Under the pieces are notes generated by a model. That model worked only from the letters and a program-made list of their open reading frames with translations. It had not been told where the DNA came from and searched no databases. A stretch of 64,000 nt of DNA, taken from the NCBI GenBank assembly GCA_964636545.1, contig CAZWSR010000002.1, forward strand, positions 1-64,000, in the 5' to 3' direction. Position numbers and translations under genes: made by a program. Each line of letters opens with the position of its first letter. Within the stretch, counting starts at the first letter, position 1. The stretch is from Candidatus Undinarchaeota archaeon. Its GTDB lineage: Archaea; Undinarchaeota; Undinarchaeia; Undinarchaeales; UBA543. Shown here in pieces: positions 29,686 through 39,212 of this stretch.

Positions 29686-32067
29686 TTAAACTTCGTAGAC
29701 AGTCTTGCCATCAAGCATAGCTGAGTTGCTGTCGAACTGTGCAAGTACTGCAGCAGCCTTTGATGTTCCGGTTCTGTCTGAACCAGCAACGACTATTGCA
29801 TACTTTCCAGTTGCGAATGCATCTGCAACTAACTCAATTACACCTGCGCCAGCAGCTGCAATATCAGCTGTTGAACCAGCAGCACCGATTGTTTTTGTAA
29901 GTTTTCCTTCGGTCTGTAGGCCGTTCACAAGTGTGTTGACAGCTGGACCACCAACAAGTACCAAGTTGTAACCTGTCTTGTCAGCAGCAGTGACGTCTGT
30001 GTCAAGTTTTGCAATGGATGAAGGTAGTGTTGCTTTTGTAACACCGCCAACGCTTCCTGCAACCTTAACTTGTCCGCCAAGTATAGCTACTGTCTCGCCT
30101 GCTTCTGCGCTTATTGAAGCACCTTCGAGCTCATCTTGAGTACCAACGATGTACTCACCAAAGAGCTGCTCTTGTGGCATCCTTAGTGAAACAAGTGTCT
30201 GACCGACGCTGTCCACATAGGTTCCCCATCTTGTGTAGTAATCACGGGTTGTTGGGGTTGTAGTACCTTCTCGAGCAATGAAGTTGTCTCCATCAGCTGT
30301 TGCATTGTAGTACACATAGTAGTTTCTGTCTGTTCCATCAGTATCGAGGGATTCAAACTGACCTACGCTGCTTGCTGCAGTTCCATTATATTCAATGGTT
30401 ATGTTGTACCTGTTTGCAATTCCAGAAGCTTCGTTCTGCAGTTCTGGCTCAGTAAGGGTAAGGTTACCCGCCATGCAGCCAGCTTGCGCACAAATTCCCT
30501 GAGAGGAGTTGTTGTAGTATAGTAACACAGTGTTTGATGTTGTTAGCTTCACGTATGGAGCTTCAGTAGCAGTCAAACTTGTGTTCATACCACAAACCTT
30601 CTCGTAGGTAAGTGTTGAAGCACTTGGATCTTTGTAGTACCATCTGTTGTCTACACCAGCACCGAGAACTTCGGTTGTATTAACCCATAGTTCACTGGTT
30701 ATCATAGATGTGTTACCATTGTCTTTGTAAGACAAAAAGTCTCCGCCTGGAGTCCTAACTCGGATAACTGCCTGAGCAGTTCCGTCTTTGTCAAGATCAC
30801 GGGTTGTTGGAGTGATATCCACATCAACGAATGATGGTTCTGCGCCGTACTTATCAGAAAGACCATTGTATGTCAAACCGAACAAGTTGTTTGGTGACAT
30901 TAAAGAGTCGCCTGGGTAAAGTACAGTGTTTGTTGAACTCACAGTTGTGTGAGGCTCAGTGTCCTTAACGGAAATAGACTGGAAGTGTGTACCAGATCCA
31001 GACGTAGCTGTACCGTGGGTAACCTGCCAGGTTGTCTCAGTTCCATCACCAAGTTTCAAGTAACCGCCGTCCTCTAGTTTGAGGATACCAGCACCGATAA
31101 CCATCTGGGCTTCACCCTCGTTGGTTCCGGTTGTAGTAACAACAGCATTCTTGACATAAACTTCGATGCCTGCAATAGTTTCTGTTTCTGTTGCAAGAAC
31201 ATACTTAGTTTCAGTCTGACCACCGTTTGTTACAGTGATTTTTGCTGTGTATGCGTTACCTGTACCTGCTGCATAAATACCACCAAGAGTAGTGTCAATG
31301 CCGCCGATAGTAACTGATGGGTCTGCAGTTGACAAAACAACTTCTGCGTCAGATGCGCCAAGTTTTACTTTGTCCTGAACAGCAGCAGAAATAACAGTGT
31401 ATTCCTTACCCATAAACCAAATCTTCTTTCCTTTAAGATCAGATCCTGCCATAGATGTTATCAAATAGAGTTGGTATGTTATTGCATTTCCCTGAACTTC
31501 AAGGAAAACCTCATCATATTTGTCTCCATCATTGGTGTCTTTTGTATCACGTAGGGCTTTAATGTTTGCCAATGTGATATCGACCTTCTCGTACCAGTTG
31601 ACATCACTACCATTTACATAAATAGGACCTTTGTCCTTGTAACTGTATAGGTAGTCAACGATACCATCACCAGATGCGAATCCAGTAGATGCGACAGTGT
31701 CGGTTGTTGCGGTTGAACCGCCGAATTCGAACGCGTGGCTTGCAATTTTGTCAAGTCCAACGTGTCTTTTTACTCCGCTAACATCTGTTGAAATAGGTGT
31801 AAGAGTTACTCCTCCTTCTCCAGATCCAGCTTTTAGGACGTTTTGACCGATGAAAGCACCCATGTTAATTGCACTAACGACATCAGCAGTAGCTGCGTTT
31901 GCTCCAACGACAACCATACCACTAACAACACCAGCGTCACTAACCATAAGGTCACTGTAATCGCCCAAGTCCTGTGTTCCTGTAGCCAAAGCTGCACCTG
32001 CAAGGGTCGCACCGATCATTACGGCAGATCCTAGGGCTGCTCCGACTTTTTTCCACATGCTTTGCAT
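29686..32067 (-). CDS. S-layer protein
   Basis: WKKVGAALGSAVMIGATLAGA signal, VVVGANAATADV, NLVLVGGPAVN and VAGSDR.GT (S-layer N/C domains); distinctive codon usage. Confidence 0.9.
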   Translation of the reverse strand: MQSMWKKVGAALGSAVMIGATLAGAALATGTQDLGDYSDLMVSDAGVVSGMVVVGANAATADVVSAINMGAFIGQNVLKAGSGEGGVTLTPISTDVSGVKRHVGLDKIASHAFEFGGSTATTDTVASTGFASGDGIVDYLYSYKDKGPIYVNGSDVNWYEKVDITLANIKALRDTKDTNDGDKYDEVFLEVQGNAITYQLYLITSMAGSDLKGKKIWFMGKEYTVISAAVQDKVKLGASDAEVVLSTADPSVTIGGIDTTLGGIYAAGTGNAYTAKITVTNGGQTETKYVLATETETIAGIEVYVKNAVVTTTGTNEGEAQMVIGAGILKLEDGGYLKLGDGTETTWQVTHGTATSGSGTHFQSISVKDTEPHTTVSSTNTVLYPGDSLMSPNNLFGLTYNGLSDKYGAEPSFVDVDITPTTRDLDKDGTAQAVIRVRTPGGDFLSYKDNGNTSMITSELWVNTTEVLGAGVDNRWYYKDPSASTLTYEKVCGMNTSLTATEAPYVKLTTSNTVLLYYNNSSQGICAQAGCMAGNLTLTEPELQNEASGIANRYNITIEYNGTAASSVGQFESLDTDGTDRNYYVYYNATADGDNFIAREGTTTPTTRDYYTRWGTYVDSVGQTLVSLRMPQEQLFGEYIVGTQDELEGASISAEAGETVAILGGQVKVAGSVGGVTKATLPSSIAKLDTDVTAADKTGYNLVLVGGPAVNTLVNGLQTEGKLTKTIGAAGSTADIAAAGAGVIELVADAFATGKYAIVVAGSDRTGTSKAAAVLAQFDSNSAMLDGKTVYEV

Positions 32068-32075
32068 AGCTTTTT

Positions 32076-32081
32076 ACCTCC
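32076..32081 (-). promoter_or_regulatory. Shine-Dalgarno GGAGGT of the S-layer gene
   Basis: ACCTCC on the + strand, 8 nt upstream of the ATG at 32067. Confidence 0.75.
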
Positions 32082-32184
32082 GTTTTTTTACATAGTTTGT
32101 GTTGTCTTAAAAAAACAAAACAAAAACAACAACACACTACTGTATGACTAAATCATCGTATATAAAGGTTTCTATACAGGTTTT

Positions 32185-32628
32185 TCAATCTTTTTTCTGG
32201 CTAGGCGCAGTACCTTGCATCCTATTGATTTCGCCCTGTTTTGCGAACACAGAATGAGCTAAAGAAACAACTACACTTGAGATGTCTGCGAGTATATTTT
32301 GGGCCTCTCCAGAATCCACTGTAATGTTTTTTGGAGAAAACACTTCAACATTTGAAGGAGAATACATGAGAGCAACATAAACCATCTTTCCAAAGTCTCT
32401 TGCAACTAGTTTAATATCAACATGTTGTGATAGTAAACCAGTGTCTAGCTTATCGGTTTTGGAATATTCCTTACCATAGACTTTGACCTTCTCTTCTTTT
32501 TCTAATCTCTCAAGTAGTGCGTCAAGGGCTTCCTTCATGTGCTTTTCATCATTGCCTTGAACCTCGATAATGATCTCTGCATTGATCCATTTTCCTTCAT
32601 CAATCAAAGTTCTGATTTTATCATCCAT
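32185..32628 (-). CDS. Hypothetical alpha/beta protein
   Basis: 147-aa ORF with IIEVQG and YSPSNVEV..P; no function assignable. Confidence 0.65.
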   Translation of the reverse strand: MDDKIRTLIDEGKWINAEIIIEVQGNDEKHMKEALDALLERLEKEEKVKVYGKEYSKTDKLDTGLLSQHVDIKLVARDFGKMVYVALMYSPSNVEVFSPKNITVDSGEAQNILADISSVVVSLAHSVFAKQGEINRMQGTAPSQKKD

Positions 32629-32669
32629 AAGTAAAAATGATTGAAAGACGTTGTTTTTATAACTTTGGG

Positions 32670-35600
32670 TTAGGGTAAGAAGGTTGTGAACTGTCGGTAA
32701 TCGTTAGCAAGCAACATATCTGTTGAGTTTTGAATTTGGAAGTGGATTGTTTGAAGTCCAGATTTTAAACCAAATGGTGCATCGTTTTTATATTTATTGC
32801 AGTTGCCAGAAGATGCTGAAAATTTTGGATTGTATGTTTTATTGCACCACGACTCATTGCAGTTTTCAGTCCAGATTCTGAGTTTAACATTGTCATCAAA
32901 AGCTAATGTGCCGTGATTACAAAGGTCAATGTCAATTAGAATCTTTTTTGTTTCATTATTGTAGAAATCGTTGGTTAAAGAATAATAGATAGTATCGACA
33001 GCCAAATCATTTACAATCCCACAAAATTTGGTTTCGATTAGTTGATTGTTTTGAAGATTATCGTCAGATTCTTGGATTTTTGGATTGATTGAATATATAC
33101 CGCTGTCTTCTGGTTTCCATAAGAAATCAAGGGGGTTTTGTTGGTGTGGTTGGATGGTTGTGGTGGCACAATCGTTGTTGAAGCAAATTGTTGGTGTTGT
33201 CTCAGTTTGGCCATAATTTTCAAGGAGTATAGAAGTTGTAGAAAAAGAACCAGGAACAAGCGGCGTAGTTGTTGAGGAAATTATTCCAACATCTTCAATG
33301 TCTGAAAACATTTCTGTCAAGATTCTACCGGTTGTATTTTGTTTTGGAAGGTTGAATAAGTGTTCCAAAGTTGGTGTGACTGCGTCATTGAATGCAAGAG
33401 AATCAGAGAATTTTGGCGAGATTCCTGGACCAAGAACAATGAAGGGAATGCGCATTGCTTCAGGTAGAGAACAGGACGCATGATAGCCGTATTCACCATA
33501 ACTTCCTTCCCTGAAACACATACCATGATCTGCTGTGATGATTAGAATTGTGTTTTCAATTATTCCTGTTTTCATTAAAGTATCAAGAACTTGTTGAGCT
33601 TGAAGGTCAACCGCTTCTAGGGTTTCAGCATAATCAGATGGACCAGAATGGCCACCATGATCAGTTCCAGCAAAGTTAGAAACAAGGAGGAATTTTTCAG
33701 ATGTGTTTGAGAGTGTGTTTAGAACTCCAGAAAGCGCATCTGCTGTCCACCAATCATAATCCACAAAAATCGAGTTGCTACGCCCTTTATATGCTGAAAG
33801 GTTGTTGTGATTTTCAAATGTTGTTTGAAGTTCTTGTGAAATGTTTTTGTTTATTGTAAGGCTGGAATTGAATTGTTCCCAATCAGACCAGTGAGGATCG
33901 TGGAGAATTGCATCCATTTTTCCAACAACCCCTTCAGCATCTCCTTGACCCATTACGCCAAGAACTGTATAATTTTTTGAGCGAGCGCTATCGAAAAGTG
34001 AATTGTTTGGCAAAGAAACTGAATTGGAATATGCGCGCCAGTCATATGTTTTGTTATATTGAGAAGTAAATAAAACAGAGTGAGATTCAGTTGTACTTGG
34101 GATGCGGACTTTCATGTTCGTTGAGGTAAAACCGCGATGCATATACCCCATTATGTTTGGTGTGAGTTCGTTGTTTAGGTGTAATTCACCAAGTCCGTCG
34201 AAGATTAGAAGAACAATATTTTGTGGAGATGCATTCTTAGTTATGAAGAATGAGATATTTTGCTGGTTGTCTGCTGGACGAAAATCATCGGAAATTTGTG
34301 CTTTTAGCTCAAAATTAGCGACACCAGAGCTCAAATTTGAGGAATTTAGGGAAATTTGGTGATATTTTGACTCAAATGGAGTGAGGGTGAGGTTTTCAGA
34401 CCAGAGAAATAGGTCATTTTGTAAAGATATATTTACATTTTCCAGGAAATTCTCCTTATTTTCCAATAAAACCTCGATTTTGGTGTCTGCACCAGATAAA
34501 ATTGGCGCGGTTTTAGTGTAAATTGCAACATCGTGGACAGGAAAATGTTTAGAATAAGGCAAAAACACAGTGTCTGCACCTGGTTCGTCCCAACCATCAA
34601 CTGGAGGCAGAGTTCCAGAAACAACCATTGTTCCACTACATGCACCTGCCCCATTCTGAGCTTGAAATGTTATGTTTTTTGATGAGAACGCTGGCAAATT
34701 AAAATTGTTTTCAGAGAAATTTAGGACAAGTGGATCGCCTTTTTCATTTGTAATTTCAGAGGAAATAAGAATGCTTTTTAGTGGGCGGCCTGTCGGATTT
34801 GTAATTGTGATTATTGAACTATTTAGAGTTGCTTCCAGAAATCCAATACTGATTTTTTCCTTTTTTTCGTGGATAATATCACCAGTTGAAGTAAGGAGTT
34901 TGAGGTGGAGACGTGGAAGATATAGGTCTCGAGCGTAAAGATTGTTGGGGACAGCTAAATTTAATGAGAAGGTTTGTGTGCCTTCTGTAAGATTGATTTC
35001 TTGTAAAGAATGTTCTGAAAGATAAATGATCTTTTCATTAACTTCTTTTATGAAAGCAACATCAAGCACTGTGTTTTCAACAAATTTATTTTGTTCTGAA
35101 ACAGTGTCGGGAAACGTTGTTAGAATGGAAATAGTAGTGTTTGAGTTGCGACCCATAACAAATTTGTCATGGCTCTGCATACTAACTTTTGATTTGCTGA
35201 TTGTCAGAAAAAAATGAACAGAGGATTCGTTAGTGATTGTTTTGATTGCGTGCTTGTTTATTAAAAAACCAGGAGCAATCACTGTGACAGTTGTTGTTTT
35301 GTTGGGGTGTATGAGATTCGTGAGGCCGGACGCGTTTGTAAGTTTTGAAGTATAATTTTCAATTGCAGGGTTTGTAATTATCCTTGCGTTTGGAACTGGA
35401 ACAAGTTGATAAGAATCACTTCGAGGCATTGTACGATTATAATAAACACCAACGAGCGTTGGAGTACTGTTTTCATAGAAAAGTGGAGGTGGTGGAGAAG
35501 TTGGTGGTTTTTGAATTGGTTTAATGCCTGGGACAGTGCCAACAATTCCTGAAGAACCGCCACCATACACCACAGGTTGGCGCTTGTTTGAATAATTAGA

Positions 35601-35834
35601 AGTATAGGTCCAAGGTGTGTAATTTTGCCAAGTGTTTTGATATGTTTGTTCAATTGGTTCTGTGGTTTCTTCTTCAGACCAGGCAGATTCTGCTAGAGTA
35701 AATCCAGTAATATTTGTTAGCCCGAATATTTTGACAGCTCCAGCTATTACAAAAAATGCTGCGAAAATCGCTAATAGTCGCCAGTTGATTCGGTTCTTCT
35801 TCCCGCTACGGAACATTAGGGGCTCGTCACTCAT
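32670..35834 (-). CDS. Large membrane-anchored surface protein with an alkaline-phosphatase-superfamily domain and CARDB/Ig-like domains
   Basis: LLIFDGLG, PSTTESH, DHGGH, ITADHG and IPFIVLGPG motifs; N-terminal TM and Pro-rich linker; CARDB-like DD...NN motifs. Confidence 0.75.
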   Translation of the reverse strand: MSDEPLMFRSGKKNRINWRLLAIFAAFFVIAGAVKIFGLTNITGFTLAESAWSEEETTEPIEQTYQNTWQNYTPWTYTSNYSNKRQPVVYGGGSSGIVGTVPGIKPIQKPPTSPPPPLFYENSTPTLVGVYYNRTMPRSDSYQLVPVPNARIITNPAIENYTSKLTNASGLTNLIHPNKTTTVTVIAPGFLINKHAIKTITNESSVHFFLTISKSKVSMQSHDKFVMGRNSNTTISILTTFPDTVSEQNKFVENTVLDVAFIKEVNEKIIYLSEHSLQEINLTEGTQTFSLNLAVPNNLYARDLYLPRLHLKLLTSTGDIIHEKKEKISIGFLEATLNSSIITITNPTGRPLKSILISSEITNEKGDPLVLNFSENNFNLPAFSSKNITFQAQNGAGACSGTMVVSGTLPPVDGWDEPGADTVFLPYSKHFPVHDVAIYTKTAPILSGADTKIEVLLENKENFLENVNISLQNDLFLWSENLTLTPFESKYHQISLNSSNLSSGVANFELKAQISDDFRPADNQQNISFFITKNASPQNIVLLIFDGLGELHLNNELTPNIMGYMHRGFTSTNMKVRIPSTTESHSVLFTSQYNKTYDWRAYSNSVSLPNNSLFDSARSKNYTVLGVMGQGDAEGVVGKMDAILHDPHWSDWEQFNSSLTINKNISQELQTTFENHNNLSAYKGRSNSIFVDYDWWTADALSGVLNTLSNTSEKFLLVSNFAGTDHGGHSGPSDYAETLEAVDLQAQQVLDTLMKTGIIENTILIITADHGMCFREGSYGEYGYHASCSLPEAMRIPFIVLGPGISPKFSDSLAFNDAVTPTLEHLFNLPKQNTTGRILTEMFSDIEDVGIISSTTTPLVPGSFSTTSILLENYGQTETTPTICFNNDCATTTIQPHQQNPLDFLWKPEDSGIYSINPKIQESDDNLQNNQLIETKFCGIVNDLAVDTIYYSLTNDFYNNETKKILIDIDLCNHGTLAFDDNVKLRIWTENCNESWCNKTYNPKFSASSGNCNKYKNDAPFGLKSGLQTIHFQIQNSTDMLLANDYRQFTTFLP

Positions 35835-35947
35835 ATTGAAATTGGCTGTCTGAACCCCTTATATTATTTCACCAACTTGAGTGAGTTTATTTAGTTGATG
35901 AGACCATAAACAATATAAGCCCAAATTGATTGTATATCTTGATTAAG

Positions 35948-36256
35948 ATGGTTGAAGAACTTACTGATGCAAATTTTGAAACAGCAATCAGCAGCGGATT
36001 AGTTGTTGTTGATTTCTGGAATGAGGGTTGTCCACCTTGTGATATGTATGCTCCAATTTTTGAAGAAGTTTCAAAAGTATATCCTGATGTGAAATTCGCA
36101 AAGATTGAAGCAAGAGAAGCTCCGATTTCTTCAAGTAAATATGGTGTAATGGCAACGCCAACTACGCTTTTCTTTAAGGATGGGCAGAAAGTGGATGAGC
36201 TGTTAGGTGCAAAGAGTGCTGAAGAACTGAAAAATAAGGTCGAAACACACAAGTGA
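35948..36256 (+). CDS. trxA: Thioredoxin
   Basis: VVVDFWNEGCPPC and TPT.LFFKDG motifs. Confidence 0.9.
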   Translation: MVEELTDANFETAISSGLVVVDFWNEGCPPCDMYAPIFEEVSKVYPDVKFAKIEAREAPISSSKYGVMATPTTLFFKDGQKVDELLGAKSAEELKNKVETHK

Positions 36257-36320
36257 CATAGGTAAACACAGGAAACCCTTAAATACTTAGAGACCTGAGT
36301 AAATGACACAGGGGAGAATA

Positions 36321-36578
36321 ATGGCAAGAATTCCGTTTAAAGAAATACAAGCAAAGACAGTCGTCTCAGAAGGCGGCAGAATGTTCGGTAAAGTACTGGA
36401 CCTCACAGTTGACATTTCTACTGGCGAGTTAATCAACCTACTAGTTGAGCCAACAAAATACATAACAGCTCATTTTGAGGATTTGGTTCAGGACCACCGA
36501 GGCAGATTGTTACTCCCATTCAGTTCAGTAACTGCTGTTGGCGATTTTGTATTAATAAACGAGCAAGACGTTATTTGA
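36321..36578 (+). CDS. PRC-barrel domain protein (possibly a CdpB-type cell-division factor)
   Basis: KTVVSEGG..FGKV.DL.VD..TGEL..L and PFSSV.AVGDFVLI patterns. Confidence 0.85.
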   Translation: MARIPFKEIQAKTVVSEGGRMFGKVLDLTVDISTGELINLLVEPTKYITAHFEDLVQDHRGRLLLPFSSVTAVGDFVLINEQDVI

Positions 36579-36621
36579 TTAAAACTAGTTTTTAAATAAA
36601 AGAAGAAAGATACTACTAGAT

Positions 36622-37518
36622 ATGATACTAGTACTTTCAGATTTGCATATAGGTGCTAATGAACACAGTGGACACAGGAAGAATTTAGGGACTCCAGAAG
36701 AAGTTGAAAATGTATTTAAAGCTGTTGATCAGGAAGTTGATACTCTTATAATTACTGGAGATTTGTTTGAAAGCAGGTGTCCTGCAGATAAATTGAAAAA
36801 ATTCGTGGATAGGACATTTAGTATTATAGACAAAAAGATGAGGAAAGGAACAACTATTTTTTACATTGCAACTGACCATGATACTCTTCATGACAAAACT
36901 AATCCTGAAAAAAATTATTTGAATATAATAAAACCAGCATTCATAGACATTCTTGGACTAAAAAAAAGAAGACAAATTATAGACAAAGTAACACCAAAAC
37001 AAGCTTTTGATAATGTTGAAATACGACCAAAGCAGGTTTTTTTAACAATAAAGGATAAGAGAATTATGTTCATGCATGGAAAGTTTGGGAAACCTTTGTG
37101 GAAGCTGGCACTTGATTTTGAAGCAGCAAGAAATCCAATTACAGATAAATTATCACAGTTTTGGGTAACACGAATCTGGGATAATTCCATGAAACTTCTT
37201 AGAGATCTGTCTGAAAAACCAGAAAAAAGAGAGCAAAATCAGTATGCTAGACATATTTTAAGAGTTTTGAAAAAAGAAAAGATAAAAGTTTCAGCTGTTT
37301 TCTTTGGACATATACACCGGCCATTTATTACAAGAAAAAAATCAAAAAAGAAAAAACCACTAATGGTAAGTTTAGGGTCTTGGGGATTATTTCCAGTTAA
37401 TAAAACCAGTCCAGCTATACGAACTTTTGCAACAATTTCAGATGACCTGAAAGTAAATTTATATTCATTAAATTATGAAAACGGGGGGAAACCAATGGCT
37501 ACTGGGGCAATACTTTAG
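36622..37518 (+). CDS. Calcineurin-like metallophosphoesterase (LpxH-like)
   Basis: SDLHIG, GDLF, TDHD (in place of GNHD), HG and GHIH motifs. Confidence 0.8.
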   Translation: MILVLSDLHIGANEHSGHRKNLGTPEEVENVFKAVDQEVDTLIITGDLFESRCPADKLKKFVDRTFSIIDKKMRKGTTIFYIATDHDTLHDKTNPEKNYLNIIKPAFIDILGLKKRRQIIDKVTPKQAFDNVEIRPKQVFLTIKDKRIMFMHGKFGKPLWKLALDFEAARNPITDKLSQFWVTRIWDNSMKLLRDLSEKPEKREQNQYARHILRVLKKEKIKVSAVFFGHIHRPFITRKKSKKKKPLMVSLGSWGLFPVNKTSPAIRTFATISDDLKVNLYSLNYENGGKPMATGAIL

Positions 37519-38059
37519 AGAGGAGTTCATCAATTTTTGTTTTGAATTCTTCTAAAGTGCCTTCATTTTTCAGTTGATAATCTGCTTTTTCAATTGTTTC
37601 TCCAAGTCCCCAGCTCAGTTCTTCTTTATAGCGCCACCGAAGACCTGCCTCATCAACAGGGTCATCCTTCCTGGTTTTTGCTCTTTCCGGGAGTCTGGAT
37701 AAACATACTTCAAAATCTGCTTCAACTGAAATAAGAACAAAATCATCACCATATTCTTTCTTGAAAACATCAATTTCTTCAGGAGAACGAATACCATCAA
37801 TAACAATTACATCTTTGGTTTTAGCAAGCTCGTCAATAGCAGAAAATGCAAGTTCTGCAGCAACTCCGCGGCCTTTATCTTTGCGAATTTGAGTTGCGAA
37901 ATTACGGATATTTTCATGGTTTATTTCAATTTTTTGTCTTTCCATTTCATCCTTAATGCCTTGGCTCATAGAAACTTGTTTGTATCCTCTAGCAGTGAGC
38001 TCTTTTGTTAATTCTCCTTTGCCTGCAAGCGGCATTCCAGTTATTGCTATGATTTTCAT
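37499..38059 (-). CDS. UPF0200 / dephospho-CoA-kinase-like P-loop NMP kinase
   Basis: GMPLAGKG, IDGIRS..E and ADY.L.NEGTLEEF motifs. Confidence 0.85.
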   Translation of the reverse strand: MKIIAITGMPLAGKGELTKELTARGYKQVSMSQGIKDEMERQKIEINHENIRNFATQIRKDKGRGVAAELAFSAIDELAKTKDVIVIDGIRSPEEIDVFKKEYGDDFVLISVEADFEVCLSRLPERAKTRKDDPVDEAGLRWRYKEELSWGLGETIEKADYQLKNEGTLEEFKTKIDELLSKVLPQ

Positions 38060-38733
38060 TTTAATCCATGCACCTCATCTTCTACTCTGTGTAGAAACTG
38101 TATCATATAAGCTATTCGCCTGTCTGCTAATCTGCGGGCAGTGTCAGTATACATTCTAGCAACACGGTTTAACATATTATCTCGAATAAATGCAACTGTT
38201 CCACGAACATCTCTGCTGAGGCGGCCACCATAAGTGAAGGTTCGGCCTAGCCCAATTGCTCCAAGAGCATCTAGGTTGTCTGCATCGGAGAGGATTTTTG
38301 CTTCAACGCTTTCAGGTGCTTCTCCGTGGCGGTGTCGGTGATGTTTGATTGCCATGAAAACTGGTTTTAGTTTTGCTCTTGGAAAATCAATTGTTTTTAA
38401 GAAATCTTTTCCATAATATGCAGCGGTTTCAGCATGGTCAGCACCAATTCCTTCTTCCATTGTTCGCCCAGTATCGTGGAGCAGGGCTGCAGTTAGTAGA
38501 ACTAATAAATCAGCACCTTCCCATTTTCCAATGTGATAAGCAAGATTATAGACACGTAGAGTGTGGTCAAATCCATGGGACGGGCTGTCAAGTTTTTCCT
38601 TAACATATGCTTCAACTTTTTCAATAAGAGCTGTGTCTTCAGCTGAAATCAAGCGCTTGAGCTCCTTTGAAATAGTCCAGTCTTTTTGTTGTAGTTTTTC
38701 TATGTTGTCACTGTTTGTTATCACTGTTATCAA
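38056..38733 (-). CDS. HD-domain phosphohydrolase
   Basis: HGFDHTLRV, ALLHD and DADNLDALGAIG..R motifs. Confidence 0.9.
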   Translation of the reverse strand: MITVITNSDNIEKLQQKDWTISKELKRLISAEDTALIEKVEAYVKEKLDSPSHGFDHTLRVYNLAYHIGKWEGADLLVLLTAALLHDTGRTMEEGIGADHAETAAYYGKDFLKTIDFPRAKLKPVFMAIKHHRHRHGEAPESVEAKILSDADNLDALGAIGLGRTFTYGGRLSRDVRGTVAFIRDNMLNRVARMYTDTARRLADRRIAYMIQFLHRVEDEVHGLK

Positions 38734-38890
38734 CTCCTAAATCCTTTCTGAGCTGGGTGCGGATGGCGTTTCGGACATATTCACTGACTGATGCGTAGCC
38801 GCCTTTGCCTTCTTTGATATAATCCTGAACCTGTTTGTAGTGATCTTCAGGAATTTGAACTGTTTTCCAGCGAGTTGCCCAACTTTTCAT
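38708..38890 (-). CDS. Ribbon-helix-helix (CopG/Arc/MetJ) transcription regulator
   Basis: TVQIP......V...I..G..GYASVSEYVRNAIR pattern. Confidence 0.85.
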   Translation of the reverse strand: MKSWATRWKTVQIPEDHYKQVQDYIKEGKGGYASVSEYVRNAIRTQLRKDLGVDNSDNKQ

Positions 38891-38946
38891 TTATACTCCG
38901 GTTTAGTGTATTTAGTTGATATATGTGTGTTGTATCTGTTATATAT

Positions 38947-39008
38947 AGGTGTCGGATATCCGGGATCGGGGATCGGGCCCGATACCAGATACCTGTTGCC
39001 AGATGCCT
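38947..39008. repeat. 62-bp heptamer-periodic hairpin element, divergent copy 3
   Basis: AGGTGTC GGATATC CGGGATC GGGGATC GGGCCC GATACCA GATACCT GTTGCCA GATGCCT; same nGnnnTC x4 / GAnnnCn x4 layout as copies 1 and 2. Confidence 0.75.
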
Positions 39009-39048
39009 TTTAATAAGCTTTATATACTCAGCTGTACTCCTAATATAT

Positions 39049-39157
39049 GGGAGGGAGAGAAATGTAGCTTTGTTTGTTCGCAGATGAAGCTCGGCCTCTC
39101 ACCATTTATTTTCTTGGAGGGTGGGGCAGCTTTGTGCTGCCTCGTTTTCTCTTACCA
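39049..39157 (+). ncRNA. Candidate structured small RNA(s): two tandem stem-loop units ending in ACCA
   Basis: TATA box TTTATATA at 39019-39026; 11-bp stem with a UUCG loop (39066-39091); second stem GGGGCAGC/GCTGCCTC; the units share GGAGGG..AGCTTTGT..CTCTYACCATT. Confidence 0.5.
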
Positions 39158-39212
39158 TTATTTTTGTTTAATTAAGCATAATATTATAAATCAATAAAAA
39201 CAAAACCTTCAC

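Noticed and set aside
29686-32067. Higher GC and different codon usage of the S-layer gene as a sign of horizontal transfer
   Set aside because: Better explained by high-expression codon bias; it has a strong SD and terminator and no mobility signs.
37499-38890. RHH plus HD domain as a type II toxin-antitoxin pair
   Set aside because: The HD protein looks like an ordinary YedJ-like phosphohydrolase coupled to a housekeeping UPF0200 kinase, and no toxin motif was seen.
38949-39197. 82-aa ORF in the track
   Set aside because: It runs across the heptamer hairpin, a TATA box and the RNA-like stems, and is not protein-like. Most likely spurious.
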